DNA of 63,923 nucleotides, the filler included. It is 3 parts of 3 records of this genome, joined end to end, with 100 filler letters (N's around TTAATTAATTAA, not from the genome) between each part and the next. Parts side by side here need not be neighbours in the genome. Positions count along the whole stretch, not along the records: positions 24,529 to 48,917 come from SRR20825006_1068; positions 49,018 to 63,923 come from SRR20825006_1075; 1 more part is not named here. The stretch is one strand, 5' to 3'. Below are positions 41,068-51,597 of this stretch, piece after piece. Both the position numbers and the translations under genes were made by a program. Each line of letters starts with the position of its first letter. Positions within the stretch are counted from its first letter, which is position 1. A model generated the notes under the pieces. The model had not been told where the DNA came from. It saw nothing but the letters and a program-made list of their open reading frames with translations, and searched no databases.

Positions 41068-42042
41068 TCAATTGACTCTACTGTATTTGTTCAAGTATTC
41101 CAGAGGAGTGACCCTTGTATGTTTCTTAAAAACATCCCTAAAGGCCTTTGGGTCATTGTACCCCACATCATACATAACTTCATTAACGGTTTTTCTTCCT
41201 TTTTCCAGCTCCTTTTTTGCGGCCTCTACCTTAACCCGTTGCAAGTATTCGATGACTGTGTTCGAAGTTGCTTTTTTAAAACGTCTCTCAAAAGTGCGTC
41301 GACTCACGGCAACTTTTTCGGAAAGTTCATCCACGGTAATCTTATCCAAGTAGTTTTTTTCTATAAACTCTTGGGCTTTCAAAACCTCTTTATCGTTGTG
41401 GGATTTTTGTCCTTTAAAAATAATAAAGGGCGATTGGCTGGCACGGCTGATATCAATTTCAAAAATTTTTGATGATAGGACGGCCATTTCACGGCCTGCA
41501 AATTTTTCGACCAAATAAAGATTCAGGTTTAAAGATGAATAGGCCCCTCCACTGGTATACAATCCATTTGAGTCGGTAATGATCTTGTCATCGATCAGGT
41601 TAACTTCTGGATACATGGCCCTAAACTCACTTGCAGCCAGCCAATGGGTGGCACAATCCCGTCCATCCAACAAACCGGTGCCGGCCAGTATAAATGCACC
41701 AATGCACAAGCTGGCCACCTCGGCACCCTTACCATATTGTTGTTTGATCCAAGGAATAAATGCTTCGTTTTTGGCAACCACCTCCTTGTAATCGCCATGT
41801 ATGGCAGGGATTATGATCAAATCCGTTTTGTCTACCTCATCAATTGTAGTATTGGGTATAATGCTGAACATTCCATTGCTCAACCTTGCTTTATTATGGG
41901 TGCCAACAAGGTGTGTAGAGAACAATGGAGCTTTACCAGCTTTTTTCAAGGCATCATTGGTCATATTGAACATTTTAAAGGTGGCCTCTAAATTGCTCAG
42001 GCTAGAATCGCCTTCGGGAACAAGTATCGAAATATGTTTCAT
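41068..42042 (-). CDS. GlxA-family regulator (DJ-1/PfpI + AraC HTH)
   Basis: ASLCIGAFILA, ATHW, TSGG, SRRTFERRFKKAT, VGYND..AFR.VFKK. Confidence 0.93.
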   Translation of the reverse strand: MKHISILVPEGDSSLSNLEATFKMFNMTNDALKKAGKAPLFSTHLVGTHNKARLSNGMFSIIPNTTIDEVDKTDLIIIPAIHGDYKEVVAKNEAFIPWIKQQYGKGAEVASLCIGAFILAGTGLLDGRDCATHWLAASEFRAMYPEVNLIDDKIITDSNGLYTSGGAYSSLNLNLYLVEKFAGREMAVLSSKIFEIDISRASQSPFIIFKGQKSHNDKEVLKAQEFIEKNYLDKITVDELSEKVAVSRRTFERRFKKATSNTVIEYLQRVKVEAAKKELEKGRKTVNEVMYDVGYNDPKAFRDVFKKHTRVTPLEYLNKYSRVN

Positions 42043-42090
42043 ATTACAAAAATCAATGGATTGTGGTTGACTTAAAGGTAGACCAACATC

Positions 42091-42121
42091 TTGTCGTAAT
42101 CAACCCGTGATATTGACGTAA
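42091..42121 (+). promoter_or_regulatory. Candidate AraC-type tandem operator
   Basis: TTGTCGTAA / TTGACGTAA direct repeat 22 bp apart, upstream of -7 element TATCTTTG at 42152-42159. Confidence 0.55.
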
Positions 42122-42298
42122 ATGTACCTCTAAAGTACGGATTGGTACCTGTATCTTTGGTAACCTGTTGAATATTAGATAAGAATAAAGGATTGAAAGA
42201 TTATATTAAAGAAGCTACTATTTGAAACGGGAGAAAATTTTCAGCTCACTTTGGTCTTAACAAACCTTATATATCTCAACATATTAAACATAGATAAA

Positions 42299-42802
42299 AT
42301 GGATGATAGAGTTTTAAAAGAATATGATACAACAACATCAAAACTTGTAGGATTGCTTTCCTCATTGACCAATGAGCAACTCAATTCAAGACCTGTAAAT
42401 GGCGGCTGGACAGCGGGACAGATCGGCGATCATTTGGATAGATCTTATAATGTATCCAATATTTTGATGGGAACCACGGAGGAGGCGGAGCGAGCCCCTG
42501 ACCAAAAAATGGAGGAAATACGCGAACTATTTTTGAATTTTGATATAAAAATGGACTCACCCAAAGCTGTGGAACCAACCGATAGACCGATTGACAAGAA
42601 AAATCTCCTGACCAGTTTGAAGAAGAAAATTGAATGGGTGAACCAAACCTGCAAGGATATGGACCTCTCAAAAACGTGTTTGGATTTTGAAATCCCGGAA
42701 TATGGTCCGTTCACTCGCCTGGAGTGGATAGGTTTCAATACCGTACATACACAGCGCCATATCCATCAACAGGAACAAATCATTAAATACATTACAGCAT
42801 GA
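42299..42802 (+). CDS. DinB/YfiT family protein
   Basis: WTAGQIGDHL and HTQRH..Q His triad; ATG 42299 preferred. Confidence 0.88.
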   Translation: MDDRVLKEYDTTTSKLVGLLSSLTNEQLNSRPVNGGWTAGQIGDHLDRSYNVSNILMGTTEEAERAPDQKMEEIRELFLNFDIKMDSPKAVEPTDRPIDKKNLLTSLKKKIEWVNQTCKDMDLSKTCLDFEIPEYGPFTRLEWIGFNTVHTQRHIHQQEQIIKYITA

Positions 42803-43215
42803 TACCTAAAAAAATCTGGGTAAACCTTGGCGTAGAAAATGTGGAACGAACACAGGAATTTTATCTGGCATTGGGAATTAAGCAAAATGGCATTCCTACA
42901 AATGATTTGGTAAGCTTTCTATTTGGCGAGGATGAGTTTGTGATTCACTTTTTTGAAAAAGAAAAACTAAGGACAAGTCTTGAGGGAGAAGTGGCCGACT
43001 TGGATCAAGGCAACGAAATTATGTTCACCCTCTCGGCCGGAAGCAAGCAAGAAATCCATGATTGGTTGGATACCGTGAAAAAGTTAGGAGGGAGTATTAG
43101 ATTTGATCCTAGAAAAGACAGCAAAAAGTTTTATGACGAAAACGGTTATTACGTCGGCGTTTTTGCCGATTTGGATGGGCATTTGTTCAATTTGTTTTGT
43201 AATTTGAATGGTTAA
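42799..43215 (+). CDS. VOC/glyoxalase family protein
   Basis: IWVNLGV..VERT..FY.ALG, F.DLDGH; ATGA overlap with DinB stop. Confidence 0.85.
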   Translation: MIPKKIWVNLGVENVERTQEFYLALGIKQNGIPTNDLVSFLFGEDEFVIHFFEKEKLRTSLEGEVADLDQGNEIMFTLSAGSKQEIHDWLDTVKKLGGSIRFDPRKDSKKFYDENGYYVGVFADLDGHLFNLFCNLNG

Positions 43216-43237
43216 CCTGTTAAAATTCAAACAAATA

Positions 43238-43681
43238 ATGATACTTCAAAAATTTAAAATAACCATTAATGCTACACCCGAAAAAGTATGGAAAATACTT
43301 TGGAACGATAGCACCTATCGAAAATGGACAACTGTTTTTGCGGAAGGATCTTTCGCCGAAACCGATTGGCAGGAAGGAAGCAAGGTTCTTTTTCTCGGCC
43401 CCGAAGGGAGAGGCATGGTAAGTCGAATCAAACGGAACATACCCAATGAGCGAATGACCATAGAACATTTGGGAGTTGTTGAGGGAGGTATTGAAAACTT
43501 TGAAAGTAAGGAGGCCAATCAATGGGCAGGAGCAACAGAAGATTATACGCTAGAGTCGGTCGATGAAGGAACCCTATTGCGGGTAGAAATGGAGACAATC
43601 GAAGAGTACAAGAACTTTTTCGAGGAAACTTGGCCAAAAGCGCTGGAGAAAGTAAAGGAACTGGCAGAAAAGTCATTATAA
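43238..43681 (+). CDS. SRPBCC/AHSA1-like ligand-binding domain protein
   Basis: INATPEKVW, W.EGS, WPKALEKVKELAE. Confidence 0.85.
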   Translation: MILQKFKITINATPEKVWKILWNDSTYRKWTTVFAEGSFAETDWQEGSKVLFLGPEGRGMVSRIKRNIPNERMTIEHLGVVEGGIENFESKEANQWAGATEDYTLESVDEGTLLRVEMETIEEYKNFFEETWPKALEKVKELAEKSL

Positions 43682-43715
43682 ACACATATATCACATTAAT
43701 TTAAAACCTTACACA

Positions 43716-44138
43716 ATGAAGCTAAGCCCTTATTTAAATTTTAACGGAAATGCCGAAGAAGCCTTTAATTTTTATAAGTCAGTATTTGGTGGAGATTTTA
43801 CAGCAGTCATAAAAATGAGCGATGCACCGGACAGCGATAAAATACCAGCAGAAGAAAAGGACCGCATCATGCATATCTCGCTTCCCATTTCCCAGGACAT
43901 CACATTAATGGCGTCGGATATTTTACCTTCTATGGGCCATTCCCCCAACAATGGTAACAACGTTTACCTATCGTTGCATCCCAACACTAAAGAAGAAGCT
44001 GACCGTTTGTTCAAAGGGCTTTCCCAAAATGGTGATATAGAAATGCCCATGGCCGATCAATTTTGGGGAGATTACTTCGGAAGTTTCGTAGATCAGTTTG
44101 GTGTTCATTGGATGATCAACTATAACCCAGAATTTTAG
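43716..44138 (+). CDS. VOC family protein (PhnB/YjdN-like)
   Basis: PYLNFNGNAEEAFNFY.SVFGG, IMH, MASD, FWG.YFG...DQFGVHWMIN. Confidence 0.9.
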   Translation: MKLSPYLNFNGNAEEAFNFYKSVFGGDFTAVIKMSDAPDSDKIPAEEKDRIMHISLPISQDITLMASDILPSMGHSPNNGNNVYLSLHPNTKEEADRLFKGLSQNGDIEMPMADQFWGDYFGSFVDQFGVHWMINYNPEF

Positions 44139-44167
44139 TAATCTTTCAAAAATTTACAGAAACCGCT

Positions 44168-44413
44168 ATGCACAACAGTTATATTGAGCAATCTATAAAA
44201 ATAGTGGAAGTGTTTTCTACCTCTGTGTCATCAATTGAACAAGCTGAATTCCTTTTGGATAAACTCCAAGAGGAATTCCCTTGCTATGAGATCAATTTTG
44301 ATTTGGAAGATTGTGATAATATTCTCCGTGTAGCGAGTGTTGGTTCCAACATAGATTCCGAAATGGTTATCTTGATTATGGACAAGCATGGGGCAAAAAT
44401 CCAAATATTATGA
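44168..44413 (+). CDS. Small hypothetical protein (HMA-like fold suspected)
   Basis: VEVFSTSV...INFDLEDCDNILRV motif; co-oriented with the cluster. Confidence 0.7.
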   Translation: MHNSYIEQSIKIVEVFSTSVSSIEQAEFLLDKLQEEFPCYEINFDLEDCDNILRVASVGSNIDSEMVILIMDKHGAKIQIL

Positions 44414-44532
44414 TTATTTAATGGTCACAATAGGTTGACCATATAAAGAAGGTGTACCCAGAGACAAAAGGAAAATAATATTGCATACATTTACACCTAA
44501 ATAAGTTCTTTACTTAATTTCTTTATCAAAAC

Positions 44533-44720
44533 GATAGGGGTTCTCGACAAGTCATTGTCGGGATTAAAAGGGAATCGTGTGTAAATCACGAGCTGACGCG
44601 CAACTGTAAGTCCGATTCCAATTTGGGATAGCATGTTTTTGCCAATTATGCCATTGTCCACCATATATAGTGGATGAGAAGGCGGCAGAAATCGAACAAG
44701 CCAGGATACCTGCCTATATC
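44533..44720 (+). ncRNA. Cobalamin (B12) riboswitch
   Basis: GGTT..., TTAAAAGGGAATCGTGTGTAAATCACGAGCTGACGCGCAACTGTAA, GCCATTG, GAGAAGGC, AAGCCAGGATACCTGCC (B12 box) upstream of metE. Confidence 0.93.
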
Positions 44721-44890
44721 GTTCCTACTTTGTAGGATTTTGACGGTGCCTTCGCGTAAAGGGCAGGTCGAACGTTTGATGTTTGTTGGTTTTCACCATA
44801 AATATTCCCTGCGTTCTTCTTGTTTAAGGCATTGCGAAGTTGAGCTAAGGAGCTTTTATCTAATTATTCAATTTTATAAAAGCTTTAGCA

Positions 44891-47212
44891 ATGAAAACAA
44901 GCAATTTGGGCTACCCTAGAATTGGGGCCCACCGTGAGCTGAAAAGAGCTTGCGAAAAGTATTGGTCCAACAAAATTTCTTTGGAAGACCTTATCGAGGC
45001 GGGTAAAAGTATCCGAACGGAAAACTGGAAGCTTCAAAAAGAGAAAGGAATCGAACTGATTCCATCCAACGATTTTTCCTTCTACGATCAAGTTTTGGAC
45101 ACCACCTTAATGGTCGGGGCCATTCCAGAGCGTTACAAAAACGCTAAAAAGTCAAGCAAGAACATTTTGGACCTCTATTTTGCGATGGCCAGGGGTTTAC
45201 AAAAGGATGGAGTGGACGTCATCGCCATGGAAATGACCAAATGGTTCGATACCAACTACCATTACATTGTCCCAGAATTTACAAAAGAACAAGAATTTGA
45301 ATTGGTCTCTCAAAAAATCGTGGAAGAGTTTAAGGAAGCTAAAAACCTGGGCATTCAGACAAAACCTGTGCTTTTGGGTCCTGTGACCTATTTATTGTTG
45401 GGCAAGGAAAAAGAGGAAGGCTTCCAGCGTCTTGATCTTTTACCGAAATTACTTCCCGTCTATCATTCTATTTTGAAAATGCTGGCAGATGCAGGAGCAA
45501 CGTGGGTACAGTTTGATGAACCTATACTTTCCACAGGTCTTTCAGAAAAGGAAAAAGAAGCAATCGGTAAAGTCTATAATGGAATTACAGAAGCATTTTC
45601 GAACCTAAAAATCCTATTGGCCAGTTATTTTGGCGATTATGGCGATAACCTCGATACCGTCCTAAACCTACCTGTTTGTGCCCTGCATTTGGATTTAAGA
45701 CGTGGAGCGGATGATTTGGATAAAGTTTTGGAAACGGGAAGGCTACATCAAAGTACATCTTTGTCATTAGGTGTTATTGACGGTAGAAATATCTGGAAAA
45801 ATGATTTTGAATCCTCACTAAGGTTTATTCAGAAAGCCAAAGAAAAATTAGGGGAAGAACGTATCATTATTTCACCGTCCTGTTCATTGTTACATGTGCC
45901 CCATGATTTAGATTTGGAGCAAAATGAAGAGGTTCTATCAACCGAAATAAAGAACTGGATGGCGTTTGCCAAACAGAAATTGGAAGAACTCCAAAGCTTG
46001 AAAATACTAGCGAACAATCCAGACTACAAGCACCAACAGCTATTTTTGGACAATGTCGCATCCATGGAAAAGAGACGTAATTCCAAACTGATCCATAAAA
46101 CCAAGGTAAAACAACGGCTCGAACATTTGGAAGCCAAGGATTACCGTAGAGAGTCCTCATTCGATAAAAGAAAAATCCTTCAGGACGAACATTTAAAATT
46201 GCCACTTTTTCCTACTACAACCATTGGTTCCTTTCCACAAACGAAAGAAGTTAGGCAAAAGAGGTCACTGTTTAAAAAAGGAGAGCTTACGGAGCAGGGG
46301 TATGTGAATTTTTTAATGGAACAAACGTTTGAGACCATTCGTTTACAAGAAAATATAGGCCTAGATGTTCCCGTTCACGGCGAATTTGAACGGAATGATA
46401 TGGTGGAATACTTTGGAGAACAGTTGGAAGGCTTTACGTTTACCCAAAACGGTTGGGTGCAGAGTTACGGTTCGCGCTGTGTTAAGCCACCGATTATTTA
46501 TGGGGATGTTTCAAGACCTGTTCCCATGACGGTCTTTTGGACATCGTTTGCACAATCATTGACCAATAGACCTGTAAAGGGAATGTTAACGGGACCGGTA
46601 ACCATCTTGCAATGGTCCTTTGTCCGGGATGACCAAGCACGCTCCGTGACCTGCGAACAAATTGCATTGGCCATTTTGGACGAAGTACTTGATTTGGAAA
46701 AAGAGGGCATCAACATAATACAAGTAGACGAACCAGCAATTCGCGAAGGTCTGCCCCTGCGTAAAAAGGGCTGGCAAACGTATTTGGACTGGGCGATAGG
46801 AGCCTTTAAACTGTCCACGAGCGGTGTGAAGGATTCCACACAGATTCATACCCACATGTGTTATTCCGAGTTCAACGACATTATTCAGAGCATTGCGGAT
46901 ATGGATGCCGATGTGATAACCATAGAATGCTCCCGTTCCCAAATGGAATTGTTGGATGCCTTTTCCGAGTTTGATTATCCCAACGATATTGGTCCCGGGG
47001 TGTACGACATCCATTCTCCAAGGGTTCCGTCCGAGGAGGAGATCATCAAATTATTGCAAAAAGCAGAAAATGTATTGCCAGCATCCAAATTGTGGGTAAA
47101 TCCAGATTGTGGTCTAAAGACCAGAGGTTGGGAGGAAACCATCAGTGCGTTAAAGATAATGGTGTCCGCAGCACAGCAGATGAGAGAAACTGTTGGTCAA
47201 CCATCAAATTAA
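44891..47212 (+). CDS. metE: B12-independent methionine synthase
   Basis: LGYPRIG..RELK, EMTKWFDTNYHY, PTTTIGSFPQT, HGEFERNDMVEYF, HTHMCYSEF, WVNPDCGLKTR. Confidence 0.98.
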   Translation: MKTSNLGYPRIGAHRELKRACEKYWSNKISLEDLIEAGKSIRTENWKLQKEKGIELIPSNDFSFYDQVLDTTLMVGAIPERYKNAKKSSKNILDLYFAMARGLQKDGVDVIAMEMTKWFDTNYHYIVPEFTKEQEFELVSQKIVEEFKEAKNLGIQTKPVLLGPVTYLLLGKEKEEGFQRLDLLPKLLPVYHSILKMLADAGATWVQFDEPILSTGLSEKEKEAIGKVYNGITEAFSNLKILLASYFGDYGDNLDTVLNLPVCALHLDLRRGADDLDKVLETGRLHQSTSLSLGVIDGRNIWKNDFESSLRFIQKAKEKLGEERIIISPSCSLLHVPHDLDLEQNEEVLSTEIKNWMAFAKQKLEELQSLKILANNPDYKHQQLFLDNVASMEKRRNSKLIHKTKVKQRLEHLEAKDYRRESSFDKRKILQDEHLKLPLFPTTTIGSFPQTKEVRQKRSLFKKGELTEQGYVNFLMEQTFETIRLQENIGLDVPVHGEFERNDMVEYFGEQLEGFTFTQNGWVQSYGSRCVKPPIIYGDVSRPVPMTVFWTSFAQSLTNRPVKGMLTGPVTILQWSFVRDDQARSVTCEQIALAILDEVLDLEKEGINIIQVDEPAIREGLPLRKKGWQTYLDWAIGAFKLSTSGVKDSTQIHTHMCYSEFNDIIQSIADMDADVITIECSRSQMELLDAFSEFDYPNDIGPGVYDIHSPRVPSEEEIIKLLQKAENVLPASKLWVNPDCGLKTRGWEETISALKIMVSAAQQMRETVGQPSN

Positions 47213-47220
47213 AATAAATT

Positions 47221-47244
47221 GGGGCCAATATGCGTATTGGCCCC
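47221..47244. terminator. Strong hairpin after metE
   Basis: GGGGCCAATA-TGCG-TATTGGCCCC perfect 10-bp stem; only a weak U-tract on the + strand. Confidence 0.55.
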
Positions 47245-47259
47245 TTAAACAAAAAGAAT

Positions 47260-47751
47260 ATGGTAAACGAAAGTAACATCCGCATTTCACCATTGCTCAG
47301 TTTCGACTTTTATTTGGAAAATTATCACAAGTTGATGTTGCAACTCAAAAAAGAAGTTGATTTGAAGCAGATGAAATCACTCTTGAGAAACGATATTGAC
47401 CACAACATCCAACAGATTATAAAGACAGAGGATTATGATGCCTTGGTGATTACCGATTTAAACCAAGCAATAGTCTGGGTAAACGAGGGTTTTACAGAAA
47501 TGACAGGCTACCATAAAAAATATGCATTGGGAAAAAAACCTAGTTTTCTGCAAGGAGCCGAAACATCAAAAATGATTAAAAGGCAGATTAAAGAGCAGCT
47601 TGTGTCCCATCATTGCTACAAAGGGGCCATAGTAAATTATAGAAAGAGTGGGGAAGCCTATCGTTGCCAAATCAACATCTTTCCAATCTACGGTTCTAAG
47701 GGAGACCCCACCCATTTTATTGCATTGGAAAAGGAGTTGCTGGCCGCTTAA
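47260..47751 (+). CDS. Stand-alone PAS (LOV-like, Cys-less) protein
   Basis: WVNEGFTEMTGY, GKKPSFLQG, NYRKSGEAY; ATG 47260 preferred because 47230 lies inside the hairpin. Confidence 0.85.
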   Translation: MVNESNIRISPLLSFDFYLENYHKLMLQLKKEVDLKQMKSLLRNDIDHNIQQIIKTEDYDALVITDLNQAIVWVNEGFTEMTGYHKKYALGKKPSFLQGAETSKMIKRQIKEQLVSHHCYKGAIVNYRKSGEAYRCQINIFPIYGSKGDPTHFIALEKELLAA

Positions 47752-47801
47752 AAAAGAAAATTAATTTGCATGATCTTCTTAAGATTGCAACTATCCTGTT
47801 T

Positions 47802-47809
47802 TATCTTTG
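47802..47809 (+). promoter_or_regulatory. Bacteroidetes -7 element (TATCTTTG)
   Basis: TAnnTTTG match with a TTG upstream; precedes the 47832 ORF and mbnP. Confidence 0.55.
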
Positions 47810-47831
47810 CAATACCAAATAATCGTTTTCG

Positions 47832-48200
47832 TTGACGAACCGCAGTCTTCCCATAGTATTCACACTTTTATATATAATGGCCATGTTGCGGCCTGTTATG
47901 CCCGTGTTCGAATATATGGTGAACCAAGATTATATTGCGGAATACCTTTGTGTGAACAAGGACAAGCCCATGTTGAATTGTAACGGAAAGTGTTATTTGG
48001 CCAAAATGCTACAAGAGGAACAGGACGAGAAAAGGCAAAATTTGCCATCCATTAATTTAGAGGAATATCCAATCGGTTTTGTGAACATCCTTTTCTGTGA
48101 TTTTGTGGAAATTATATCGGAAACGAACAAGTTGCCCGAATTTATACCGAGTGATCCCAGGCAGTTCGCTCAATCTGTTTTTCACCCGCCCAACTGTTGA
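47832..48200 (+). CDS. Hypothetical Cys-rich protein ending in FHPP
   Basis: Hydrophobic N-terminus, YIAEYLCVNKDKPMLNCNGKCYL, C-terminal VFHPPNC. Confidence 0.8.
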   Translation: MTNRSLPIVFTLLYIMAMLRPVMPVFEYMVNQDYIAEYLCVNKDKPMLNCNGKCYLAKMLQEEQDEKRQNLPSINLEEYPIGFVNILFCDFVEIISETNKLPEFIPSDPRQFAQSVFHPPNC

Positions 48201-48368
48201 TTCAAATTTTATTGGTTCTAAGGCTATTTTCCATTTTGGGGTCATAGTCCTATGCAAAAGTATTTGGTGATGTTCATACCGTCCACCATCCAATGCTGCG
48301 CAATTAATTTTAACAGGAAATCCAAACCATTATGAAGGATTTCCCATAACCTTAATATTTGAATTAAA

Positions 48369-48917
48369 ATGAAATCATTATATAAATTATCCACCTTACT
48401 GTTTCTATTTGTTTCTGTAACCTCTTGTAGTGATGACGATTCTTCCCGAGACGAACTAACGGGATCGGGAATGGTCAAAATTGAATTTGACAATAGTGTT
48501 GCAGGAGACGACCTTATTTTGGGCTCTTCGTACACCAACTCCCAAGCTGAGACCTTGACCATAAACCGCCTTAATTACATAGTGAGCAATTTTAGGCTCA
48601 CCGATACCCAAGGTAATGTGTTTACTTACCCTAAAGAAGCGGGCTATTTCATAACAAGCGAAGAAACTGGTAATACTGAAGTGGTTTTGATGGATGTTCC
48701 CGCCGGGAGGTATACCTCTATGACCTTTGGTATAGGTGTGGACCAAGAAAAATACCTTTTGGGGGCAGAAGGCCAAGGTGATTTGTTGACCGAAGCCGAA
48801 AGTACTGAGATGATGTGGTCTTGGCAAGCAGGATATAAGTTCCTAAATTTTGAAGGTACGTTCACGTCCTCAACAGTACCGGAAAACACTAATTTTCAAA
48901 TTCACATGGGAAGCCAC
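48369..48917 (+). CDS. MbnP-family copper-binding lipoprotein (truncated at contig end)
   Basis: Lipobox VTSC, LNYIVSNF, FGIGVD, MMWSWQAGYKF (WxW motif), HMGSH; runs into Ns. Confidence 0.85.
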
Positions 48918-49017
48918 NNNNNNNNNNNNNNNNNNNNNNNNNNNNNNNNNNNNNNNNNNNNTTAATTAATTAANNNNNNNNNNNNNNNNNNNNNNNNNNN
49001 NNNNNNNNNNNNNNNNN
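48918..49017. other. Artificial contig-joining linker
   Basis: 44 N + TTAATTAATTAA + 44 N; abrupt GC shift across it. Confidence 0.99.
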
Positions 49018-50427
<1,410 letters not shown>

Positions 50428-50429
50428 TC

Positions 50430-51596
50430 ATGACGCTTGCAGATTATGGCCTCAGCCGCGACCGGGGTTTCCTGTCATCTTTCGATCCAGCCAATGTGAC
50501 CCTGCCGGAATTTCTTCATCCGGTTCGCGATGTCGCGCTGGCCTTGCCGCGCATTCTGCCGACAGGCCGCGTCCGCGCCCATCTCGAATCCCTGCCCCAG
50601 CTCGACCTGACCGACTTTCTCGCCACCACGACCGAGGCCGAACAGCGCATCGCCATGCTGCACTACAGCTTCATGGTCCAATCCTATGTCTGGGGCGAAC
50701 CGGAGGCACCGAAATCCCTGCCCGCCTGTCTTGCCGTGCCGATCTGGCAGATCGGAAAAGCCATCGGCCAGCCGCCCCTGTTGCCCTATTCCAGCTATAC
50801 GCTGGAAAACTGGGGCCGGTTCGACCCGGCTGGCCCGATTGATCTTTCCAGTATCTATACAATCCAGCATTTCGACGGCGGCCTCGACGAAGCCTGGTTC
50901 ATCCTTGTCCATGTCGCGATCGAGGCGCGGGCGGGCGAATTGCTTGAAGAGGCGACCCAGCTGATCGACCATTTGCAGGCAGCCGATGAAGCCCGTATCG
51001 AATCAAGCCTCAGAGCGATGTCCACGGCATGGGACGATATCAATGCCATCTTCGACCGCATGCCGGACCAGTGTGACCCCTATGTCTATTTCCACCGCGT
51101 CCGCCCCTGGATTCATGGCTGGAAGGACAATCCCGCCCTTGGCGATGGCCTTGTCTATGAAGGCGTTGCTGAAACCCTTGGCGCGCCGCAGGCCTTCCGC
51201 GGGCAGACCGGCTCTCAATCCTCCATCGTGCCAGCCATGCATGCGCTGCTCAGCGTCGGACACGCGGCAGACCCCTTGCGCACATTCCTTGACGAGTTGC
51301 ATGCCTATCGTCCGCCCACTCATCGCCGCTTCATCGAGGATTTGCGCGCGAACAGTTCGCTGCGCGCCTTCATCGAGGGCGCAGGCAACAAGGCCCTGAC
51401 CGAACTCTACAATGAGAGTGTGATGAAACTCGCACGGTTCCGCACGCGCCATCTGGAATATGCGGCCAGCTATATCAACAAGCAATCAAAGGGCGGCGCT
51501 GGCAATGATCCGGATGTGGGCACCGGCGGCACACCTTTCATGAAATATCTCAAGAAGCATCGCGACGAAGCGCAGGCGCACCTTCTTCCGGTGTAA
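50430..51596 (+). CDS. Indoleamine 2,3-dioxygenase (IDO/PrnB heme dioxygenase family)
   Basis: YVWG, ENW, EAWFILVHVAIE, FRGQTGSQSS, YRPPTHRRF, FRTRHLEYA..YI, GTGGTPFMKYL; GGAGG RBS. Confidence 0.9.
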   Translation: MTLADYGLSRDRGFLSSFDPANVTLPEFLHPVRDVALALPRILPTGRVRAHLESLPQLDLTDFLATTTEAEQRIAMLHYSFMVQSYVWGEPEAPKSLPACLAVPIWQIGKAIGQPPLLPYSSYTLENWGRFDPAGPIDLSSIYTIQHFDGGLDEAWFILVHVAIEARAGELLEEATQLIDHLQAADEARIESSLRAMSTAWDDINAIFDRMPDQCDPYVYFHRVRPWIHGWKDNPALGDGLVYEGVAETLGAPQAFRGQTGSQSSIVPAMHALLSVGHAADPLRTFLDELHAYRPPTHRRFIEDLRANSSLRAFIEGAGNKALTELYNESVMKLARFRTRHLEYAASYINKQSKGGAGNDPDVGTGGTPFMKYLKKHRDEAQAHLLPV

Positions 51597-51597
51597 T

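Noticed and set aside
44674-44919. 81-aa ORF upstream of metE
   Set aside because: Overlaps the riboswitch B12 box and expression platform; no protein-like features
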